From a bacterium (GTDB lineage Bacteria; Zhuqueibacterota; Zhuqueibacteria; Oceanimicrobiales; Oceanimicrobiaceae): DNA of 10,793 bases. The position numbers were made by a program, and so were the translations under genes. The stretch is taken from positions 1 through 10,793 of the forward strand of contig JBHHXT010000171.1 of NCBI GenBank assembly GCA_046757165.1, written 5' to 3'. Shown piece after piece: positions 1-5,437 of the stretch; position 1 is the first letter of the stretch; the number at the start of each line of letters is the position of its first letter. The notes below the pieces were generated by a model. The model ran no database searches and was not told the DNA's origin. It saw only the letters and a program-made list of their open reading frames with translations.

Positions 1-330
1 TTCACCAGGCTGCCACTGATTTCTTCCGAACCCTTACTATTCGAGATAGCAAGAAATCCTCATCAGACTCGAAGAGAATATGTTCTACAGGTACTCCGCA
101 AAACACGTGAGTTTGTTTACGTAATCGAAGAGACTGAGAAACGAGCAAGAGAATTTTCAACATTTGGGATTAATGCATTAGATGCGTTACACCTGGCCTC
201 AGCAGAACAAGTCAAAGCTGATTATTTTTGCACGTGCGACGATAAATTCTTGAGAAAGGCAAAATCCATAAAAGACTTGAAGACGACAGCTGTTTCACCA
301 ATAGAATTAATCGATGAGATAGAAAAATGA
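1..330 (+). CDS. PIN-domain (VapC-like) ribonuclease toxin, 5' end outside the window
   Basis: Frame 1 is open from base 1 to TGA at 328-330 (absent from the ORF track because it lacks a start). It translates to ...RAREFSTFGINALDALHLASAEQVKADYFCTCDDKFLRKAK..., with the PIN-type DALHLA and T-x-D-x-x-F motifs. AT-rich. Confidence 0.85.
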   Translation, partial: FTRLPLISSEPLLFEIARNPHQTRREYVLQVLRKTREFVYVIEETEKRAREFSTFGINALDALHLASAEQVKADYFCTCDDKFLRKAKSIKDLKTTAVSPIELIDEIEK

Positions 331-533
331 AAACAGTAACAAGACCATTAAATGAAATCACACAACATGCAACTCGTCTGTTGTACAAAGAATTAGGTGT
401 TGTAAACACGATCCGGTTTCTTAATCAATTTACAACTGGATATGGAGATTACACAAAGGAACGTGAGCAGCTTTTTGAAGATTTGTCTTTAGATGAAATT
501 GTTTCTGAAATCAAGCAGATGAAAGAGAAATAA
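327..533 (+). CDS. Small 68-aa protein, putative antitoxin partner of the upstream PIN protein
   Basis: The start overlaps the PIN stop (ATGA, 327-330), which suggests translational coupling. Same AT-rich composition, with an acidic helical C-terminus (EQLFEDLSLDEIVSEI). The antitoxin role is inferred from context only. Confidence 0.65.
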   Translation: MKTVTRPLNEITQHATRLLYKELGVVNTIRFLNQFTTGYGDYTKEREQLFEDLSLDEIVSEIKQMKEK

Positions 534-583
534 GCTGCCCCAAACTCAACTCAGAAACGAGTCTCCTACCGAAAACCCTCACC

Positions 584-730
584 CGGACAAGCCGGAAATT
601 CGAAACTCCAAACTCGAAATTCGGAAAAAGTGCAGCACAAGAAAGTGTTGCCCCGACAGTCATTTTAGGAATACACTTGGGACAGTCGGGGCTTGCCAAA
701 AAGTGACAGAAAAGAACTCGTCAGGTATTA
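584..730. repeat. Dispersed intergenic repeat, copy 1 (MITE/REP-like)
   Basis: Shares CGGACAAGCCGGAAA (584-598 = 4266-4280), CACAAGAAAGT (636-646 = 4307-4317) and a 39-bp identical block CTTGCCAAAAAGTGACAGAAAAGAACTCGTCAGGTATTA (692-730 = 4318-4356) with copy 2. Contains four AAA(T/C)TC(G/C) heptamers at 596-623. Confidence 0.9.
647..692. repeat. 45-bp hairpin-forming segment (647-691) present only in repeat copy 1
   Basis: GCCCCGACAGTC (650-661) and GACAGTCGGGGC (681-692) are inverted repeats matching at 11 of 12 positions. Bases 647-691 are missing from copy 2. Confidence 0.8.
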
Positions 731-767
731 GTGTTCATCATTTTCCTGTGAGTCACCTGGGGGAGAT

Positions 768-796
768 GACAGCCACCCACAAGGGGTGGCAGCTAC
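768..796 (-). repeat. GTAG-type REP-like palindrome overlapping the stop codon of the nifS-selD fusion
   Basis: Minus strand reads GTAG-CT-GCCACCC-CTTGT-GGGTGGC-TGTC. Stem arms are 772-778 and 784-790. The TAG of GTAG is the stop codon at 795-793. No U-tract follows the stem. Confidence 0.55.
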
Positions 797-3009
797 GCGT
801 GTGGAACTGACACTTCGATTCGGGCCTCTCCGGCGGCGGTGATTTTGCCCACGACCGCAGCCTCCGCCACGCCATTCCGATGCAGTTTTGTCAAGAGGTC
901 TCCAGAAACGTCTTGCGGCACCGAAATCAGCAACCCGCCAGAGGTCTGGGCATCGCACAAGATGATCTGGAGGGTGCGCGAAATTCTCTGTGGCCAGGTC
1001 ACCGTCCTGGCGACAAAATCCAGGTTGTTGAGCGTTCCGCCCGGCACCACGTTGGCGGCGACGAAATCGTGCGCCGCCTCCAGGACCGGCACGTGCCCGG
1101 CAAACAATTCGGCCTGGACACCACTGGCCGTCACCATCTCTTTGAGATGACCGAGCAGACCGAAACCGGTGATGTCAGTGCACGCGTTGACCGGGAACGC
1201 GGCCAGGCTCTCGGCGGCGTTGCTGTTGAGCGTGCTCATGACCTCGATGGCCCGCCTGGTCGTGGCCTCGTCAGCCAGTCCGCGCTTGAGCGCCGTCGTG
1301 ATGATGCCGAGTCCGACCGGCTTGGTGAGGATGAGCGCATCGCCTGGTTTGGCGTTGGCGTTGGTCAGGATCCGTTGCGGGTCAATGATGCCGGTGACGG
1401 CCAGCCCGAACTTCGGCTCGTTGTCGTCCACGGTATGGCCACCGACGATGCTGACACCCGCTTCGTGTGCTTTCTCCTGGGCGCCGAGCAGGATCTCTTT
1501 CAGCACCTCCATCGGCAGCCGGTTGGAAGGGAAACCAACGATGTTGAGGGCAAACAGCGGCTTGCCGCCCATGGCATAGACGTCGCTGAACGCGTTGGCA
1601 GCAGCAATGGCGCCGAAATGGTAGGGGTTATCCACGATTGGGGTAAAAAAATCCACGGTCTGGACGATTGCGGTTTCGTCATTGAGCTGGTACACAGCCG
1701 CGTCGTCTGCCGTGTTCAATCCCACGAGCACTCTGGCATCTTCGGGCAGGGGCAGGTCCGCTAAGACTTTTTCGAGGGCCTGCGGTCTGAGTTTGCAGGC
1801 GCAGCCGAGGCCGTGGGTAAAATGGGTCAGCTTGACTTCGTCAGAGCGTGGCGCGACCCGGACTTCCGCGCTCGCTGTTGGCTGCAGCCGGCTGATGGCA
1901 TCTGCGACGATGTCGACCGCCTGCTCGATCTCTGCCGCTGTCGTGAACCTGCCGGTTGAAAACCGGATGGTTCCCATGGCGTACTCGACTGGCACCCCCA
2001 TGGCCGTCAACGTGGGCGAAATATCGATGGCATCAGAATGGCACGCCGCGCCGGCGGAGGCTGCCACGCCCTCGATTTCATCCAGCAACGTGTTCGCCTC
2101 CAGGTTGGGAAAACTCAGGTTCAGCGTGTTGGGCAACCGCTCTTCCGGAGGTCCATTCAGCTTCGCCGCCGGCACGCGTTCCAGCAACCGCTCTGAAAGC
2201 AGGTCACGCATGGCCTGCATGTGGGTCCTGTCTTTCTCCAGGTTCTGCCGGACGACCTCACACGCCTGTCCGAGACCGACAATTTCCAGCACGTTTTCCG
2301 TACCGGCGCGCAGGTCTTGCTCATGGTCGGCACCGTGCACGAGTTTTTCCAGCACCACGCCTTGCCGGATGTAGAGCGCCCCGACTCCCTTGGGCGCGTA
2401 CAATTTGTGCCCGGCCAGAGTCAGCAGGTCGACGGCCAGGGCTTTGACGTCGGTGGGAAGCTTCCCCACGCTCTGCGCCGCGTCGGTGTGCATCAGGATG
2501 TCGCGTGCCCGGGCAATTTTCGCGATCTCGGCAACCGGCTGGATGGTGCCGACTTCGTTGTTGGCGTGCATGATGGTGATCAAGATCGTCTGTGGTGAGA
2601 TCGCGTCTTCGAGCGCCTGCACGCTCACCCGGCCATGCTCGTCCACCGGCAGGTAGGTGACCCTGAAGCCGTGGTTTTCGAGATACCGGCACACCTCCAT
2701 CACCGCCGGATGTTCGATGGCGGAGGTGATGATGTGGTTGCCGCGTTTGCGATTGGCAAATGCCGCGCCTTTGATGGCGGTGTTGTTCGACTCGCTGCCG
2801 CCGCTGGTGAAAATGATCTCAGCCGGGCTGCAGTTGAGCAGGTTAGCCACTTGCTTGCGCGCCTTCTCAACGGCTTTCTTGCTTTGCGCCCCATACCAGT
2901 GCGCACTGGAAGGATTGCCAAAATGCTCTTCCAGATAGGGCCGCATGGCCTCGATGACAGCGTGGTCCAAAGGCGTGCTGGCATTGTAGTCTAAATAGAT
3001 GGGTTTCAT
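793..3009 (-). CDS. selD: Fusion protein: N-terminal NifS/IscS-like PLP-dependent cysteine desulfurase or selenocysteine lyase (aa ~1-375) plus C-terminal selenide, water dikinase SelD (aa ~392-738)
   Basis: N-domain: IYLDYNASTP, GNPSS, FTSGGSESNN, EHPAV (H100), HTDAAQS, PLP lysine in AGHKLYAPKG (K202), catalytic loop SAGAACHS (C323). C-domain: LTHFTHGLGCACKL (C403/C405/K406, equivalent to E. coli SelD C17/C19/K20), DDAAV, TVDFFTP, SDVYAMGG, GGHT, TDITGFGLLGH, DAQTSGGLL. One continuous frame with a ~16-aa linker. Confidence 0.95.
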   Translation of the reverse strand: MKPIYLDYNASTPLDHAVIEAMRPYLEEHFGNPSSAHWYGAQSKKAVEKARKQVANLLNCSPAEIIFTSGGSESNNTAIKGAAFANRKRGNHIITSAIEHPAVMEVCRYLENHGFRVTYLPVDEHGRVSVQALEDAISPQTILITIMHANNEVGTIQPVAEIAKIARARDILMHTDAAQSVGKLPTDVKALAVDLLTLAGHKLYAPKGVGALYIRQGVVLEKLVHGADHEQDLRAGTENVLEIVGLGQACEVVRQNLEKDRTHMQAMRDLLSERLLERVPAAKLNGPPEERLPNTLNLSFPNLEANTLLDEIEGVAASAGAACHSDAIDISPTLTAMGVPVEYAMGTIRFSTGRFTTAAEIEQAVDIVADAISRLQPTASAEVRVAPRSDEVKLTHFTHGLGCACKLRPQALEKVLADLPLPEDARVLVGLNTADDAAVYQLNDETAIVQTVDFFTPIVDNPYHFGAIAAANAFSDVYAMGGKPLFALNIVGFPSNRLPMEVLKEILLGAQEKAHEAGVSIVGGHTVDDNEPKFGLAVTGIIDPQRILTNANAKPGDALILTKPVGLGIITTALKRGLADEATTRRAIEVMSTLNSNAAESLAAFPVNACTDITGFGLLGHLKEMVTASGVQAELFAGHVPVLEAAHDFVAANVVPGGTLNNLDFVARTVTWPQRISRTLQIILCDAQTSGGLLISVPQDVSGDLLTKLHRNGVAEAAVVGKITAAGEARIEVSVPHA

Positions 3010-3020
3010 GTGTTCCTGAC

Positions 3021-3061
3021 CTCTGGTGCAGGGAACGACGCAAACGAACCTGCACCACGAG
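3021..3061 (-). promoter_or_regulatory. 5'-leader stem-loop overlapping the putative Shine-Dalgarno of the nifS-selD fusion
   Basis: mRNA sense: CTC-G-TGGTGCAGG-[16 nt]-CCTGCACCA-GAG-GTCAGGAACAC-ATG. It has a perfect 9-bp stem (3024-3032 with 3049-3057) and a 3-bp extension that pairs the GAG of GAGGT. A regulatory role is inferred. Confidence 0.45.
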
Positions 3062-3108
3062 TTTGATCAAATTTATGAAAAACAAAACTTGCAAAAAAGG
3101 GCAAAAAG

Positions 3109-3291
3109 ATGGAACACGGATAAGACGGATTTAACGGATCGGAACGGATTAGATTTAATCCTGGCGCGGAAAAGCCGCAATAAAATTATGAACCGCAAAG
3201 ACGCAAATGTGTCCGGGCCAATTGAATTTTTTGGTTTCACCCAAAATCAGATCCGTACAAATCCGTTCTATCCGTTAAATCCGCGTTCCAT
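3109..3291. repeat. 183-bp element with 48-bp imperfect inverted arms made of ~9-bp CGGAT subrepeats
   Basis: Left arm 3109-3156 is ATGGAACACGGATAAGACGGATTTAACGGATCGGAACGGATTAGATTT. The reverse complement of the right arm 3244-3291 is ATGGAACGCGGATTTAACGGATAGAACGGATTTGTACGGATCTGATTT. Confidence 0.85.
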
Positions 3292-3298
3292 TCATCGG

Positions 3299-4051
3299 CT
3301 AGTTCCCCACATCCTGCCCTTCCGGCCCGTCTCGTTCCTGCCGTCGCATGTCGTCCAGGACCGGCAGCAGGACCTTCCAGACATTCTGTGCCACGATTCG
3401 ATGTCCCGCCGTGTTCGGGTGAATACGGTCCGGCAGGTTGAGCTCCGGTACCCCTCCGACCCCCTGCAGTAAAAACGGGATCAGGGTACAATCATTCGCC
3501 GCGGCCAGCTCTGGATAGAGGTCGTGAAACTGTTTGGTGTACGCTGCGCCCCAGTTGGGGGGCATTTGCATGCCGGCGAGAACAATCTTCACGCGCGGAT
3601 ACTTCTTTCTGACTTTGTCGATGATTCCTTGCAGATTTTCTTTGGTGAGATCGAGGTCGATGCCGCGCAACGCATCGTTGCCGCCCAGTGCCAGCACCAG
3701 GATGTCGATTTTTTGTTTCAGCAGCCAATCCACACGCCGCAGCCCTCCGGCGCTAGTTTCTCCGCTCAGGCCAGCGTTGACCACACGAAATTGCCAGCCG
3801 AGCGAGTCGATCTTGTGCTGGATCAAATTTGGAAACGCAAGTGGCACCGCCACACCATAGCCGGCAGTCAGACTGTTCCCCAGAAATAAAATTGTTTTGG
3901 AAGTTGCGTCTTTTTTCGTATTTTTGATTTCCTGCCTTTTTGGGGGACGGGTGGAATTATTTGGTAACGTTGCGGCTGTTAAGTAAGAAGAAGGAAATTC
4001 AGGAAGCGTCAGCAGCAAAACGATAAGTGTTAACGCGGGTAAGTGGATCAT
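3299..4051 (-). CDS. tesA: TesA-like arylesterase / acyl-CoA thioesterase I (SGNH/GDSL hydrolase), probably exported
   Basis: Block I LFLGNSLTAGYG, block II NAGLSGETSAGG, block III LGGNDALRG, block V DRIHPN. Hydrophobic N-terminus, AAGG upstream of the ATG, and divergent from a ybbA-like gene as in E. coli. Confidence 0.9.
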   Translation of the reverse strand: MIHLPALTLIVLLLTLPEFPSSYLTAATLPNNSTRPPKRQEIKNTKKDATSKTILFLGNSLTAGYGVAVPLAFPNLIQHKIDSLGWQFRVVNAGLSGETSAGGLRRVDWLLKQKIDILVLALGGNDALRGIDLDLTKENLQGIIDKVRKKYPRVKIVLAGMQMPPNWGAAYTKQFHDLYPELAAANDCTLIPFLLQGVGGVPELNLPDRIHPNTAGHRIVAQNVWKVLLPVLDDMRRQERDGPEGQDVGN

Positions 4052-4112
4052 CGGAGCCTTTCAATTCTGAAACGAAAAGGTGGTGGACACGTCCATGAAT
4101 ACTGAAAGAACT

Positions 4113-4223
4113 GTCATTTGAGCTTCGCTCGTCATTTGCTGTCATTTGCCCTGCGGGCGTCATTGGTCCTTGCTTTCTCAATGACGCCCACAGGGCAAAT
4201 GACGGCGCGAAGCGCTGAATGAC
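4113..4223. repeat. Nested palindromic element of GTCATT/AATGAC units and 4-bp-stem triloop minihairpins
   Basis: Arms 4141-4165 and 4179-4203 are complementary at 24 of 25 positions. GTCATT at 4113, 4131, 4141, 4159 and AATGAC at 4180, 4198, 4218. Minihairpins at 4120-4130, 4148-4158, 4186-4196 and 4205-4215. Confidence 0.85.
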
Positions 4224-4225
4224 TC

Positions 4226-4249
4226 TTTTCGCAGCGAAGTCTGCGAAAA
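4226..4249. other. 9-bp stem hairpin of unknown function
   Basis: TTTTCGCAG-CGAAGT-CTGCGAAAA, a perfect 9-bp inverted repeat. Confidence 0.6.
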
Positions 4250-4265
4250 AAAATAGGCTCTCTTA

Positions 4266-4356
4266 CGGACAAGCCGGAAACTCGAAACTCGAAAAGAAAA
4301 GTGTGTCACAAGAAAGTCTTGCCAAAAAGTGACAGAAAAGAACTCGTCAGGTATTA
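4266..4356. repeat. Dispersed intergenic repeat, copy 2 (shorter, same orientation as 584-730)
   Basis: Same blocks as copy 1, but with only two AAACTCG heptamers (4278-4291) and without the 45-bp hairpin segment. Confidence 0.9.
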
Positions 4357-4409
4357 ATGTAACAAAAGATAATCAGAGTTACAATCCCGTTTTTGCGCTT
4401 TTTTTGCTT

Positions 4410-5126
4410 ATGAGCCCGATATTGACAGTTGAAAATCTTTCGAAGGTGTACCAGAGTGGAGATAGAACGCTGACGGTGCTGCACCAGGTATCGCTGCATA
4501 TCGAAAGCGGTTCCGCGTGCGCAATTGTCGGTCCCTCCGGCAGTGGCAAGACCACGCTGCTGGGGTTGTGCGCCGGGCTCGACCTGCCCAGCTCCGGACA
4601 GGTTATTCTGAATGGCACGCAGCTCGACACCTTGAGCGAGGACGAGCGGGCCAGGTTTCGCAACCGCACGCTTGGGTTCGTCTTTCAGAGCTTCCAGTTG
4701 ATTCCGACCTTGACGGCCCTGGAAAATGTCATGGTGCCTCTGGAATTGCGCGGACGGAATCACGTTCGGGCGCAGGCACGAGAGCTTTTGAGCCAGGTCG
4801 GATTGGGCGAGCGAGTGGACCACTACCCGGTACAGCTCTCGGGCGGTGAGCAGCAGCGTGTCGCCATGGCGCGCGCGTTTATCAACCAGCCCAGGATTTT
4901 GTTCGCCGATGAGCCCACCGGCAACCTCGACGCCGAAACCAGCGAGCGCATCGTTGCGCTTCTGTTCGAGCTCAACCACGAGCACGGCACCACGTTGATC
5001 ATGGCCACACATAACCTCGACCTGGCCAATCGCACAGACCGGATTATCCGGTTGAGAGGGGGCCGGCTGGTTGCAGATGAAGACCTGCGGCAGAGTCCGG
5101 AAACGACACGGGAAATGGGGATCTAG
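4410..5126 (+). CDS. ybbA: ABC transporter ATP-binding protein, YbbA-like (LolD/MacB-type ATPase)
   Basis: Walker A GPSGSGKT, Q-loop GFVFQSFQLIP, signature LSGGEQQRVA, Walker B ILFADEPTGNLD, H-loop ATH. Start placed at ATG 4410 (MSPILTVENLSK) because the track start at 4329 lies inside the repeat. Confidence 0.9.
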   Translation: MSPILTVENLSKVYQSGDRTLTVLHQVSLHIESGSACAIVGPSGSGKTTLLGLCAGLDLPSSGQVILNGTQLDTLSEDERARFRNRTLGFVFQSFQLIPTLTALENVMVPLELRGRNHVRAQARELLSQVGLGERVDHYPVQLSGGEQQRVAMARAFINQPRILFADEPTGNLDAETSERIVALLFELNHEHGTTLIMATHNLDLANRTDRIIRLRGGRLVADEDLRQSPETTREMGI

Positions 5127-5149
5127 CGTGTTGAATCATGATTCCTTTA

Positions 5150-5290
5150 CAATACCCTGATCTTAGACCACCGAAAATCACCGAAGTCACCGGGCGCGCA
5201 GAGTTTGTTTGCTTTTGAGCTTCATTTCTCTGCGGACTTTGCGGCTTTGCGTGAGGCGATATGTCATCGAATTTATGAAAACCGGTACTA
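5150..5290. repeat. Degenerate periodic/palindromic intergenic element
   Basis: CACCG at 5169, 5179, 5188. CGCAGAG (5197-5203) is complementary to CTCTGCG (5228-5234), followed by CTTTGCG at 5237 and 5245. Bounded by CAATACC (5150-5156) and GGTACTA (5284-5290), which resembles the GGTATTA end of the dispersed repeat. Confidence 0.5.
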
Positions 5291-5437
5291 AGATATGTTC
5301 GTCGCTCCCTGCAGGCGCGCGCGCAGGATGAAAGCATTTTCCGAGCGCATTTTTGAGCCAGAACCTCCCGGTTCTCTGCTCCGGACCTGCTTCACAGCCA
5401 TGTGCTGGCCAATCTTTTTGTCTTGGTGGAACCTCTC

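Noticed and set aside
1795..1803. Selenocysteine (UGA) in the SelD active site
   Set aside because: Both motif cysteines are TGC codons (GGC TGC GCC TGC AAA), so this is a Cys-type SelD needing no recoding.
839..2994. Long alternative-frame and antisense ORFs over nifS-selD (for example 880-1764, 1682-2374)
   Set aside because: Shadow ORFs of a GC-rich gene with no recognisable motifs.
3010..3075. Sec-containing N-terminal extension via read-through of the in-frame TGA at 3069-3067
   Set aside because: An in-frame TAA (3075-3073) lies two codons upstream with only ATT between, so there is no credible start or RBS. Kept only as a possible regulatory leader.
3026..3472. 148-aa plus-strand ORF
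   Set aside because: It runs through the 9-bp periodic repeat (giving TDKTDLTD and NPFYPLNP) and antisense to tesA, so it is a translation of repeat DNA.
4226..4253. Rho-independent terminator
   Set aside because: On both strands the T-run precedes the stem and an A-run follows it, and the hairpin sits between divergent gene starts.
584..4356. CRISPR array
   Set aside because: The repeats are kilobases apart or have 7-10-bp periods, with no regular repeat-spacer pattern and no cas genes.
4329..4409. Extended N-terminus of the ABC ATPase from GTG 4329
   Set aside because: That start lies inside the dispersed repeat, and the ABC fold begins right after ATG 4410.
5133..5144. Perfect palindrome GAATCATGATTC as an operator (also TTTGATCAAA 3062-3071 and TGGAC-AC-GTCCA 4084-4095)
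   Set aside because: Short, single-copy and mutually unrelated, so chance cannot be excluded.
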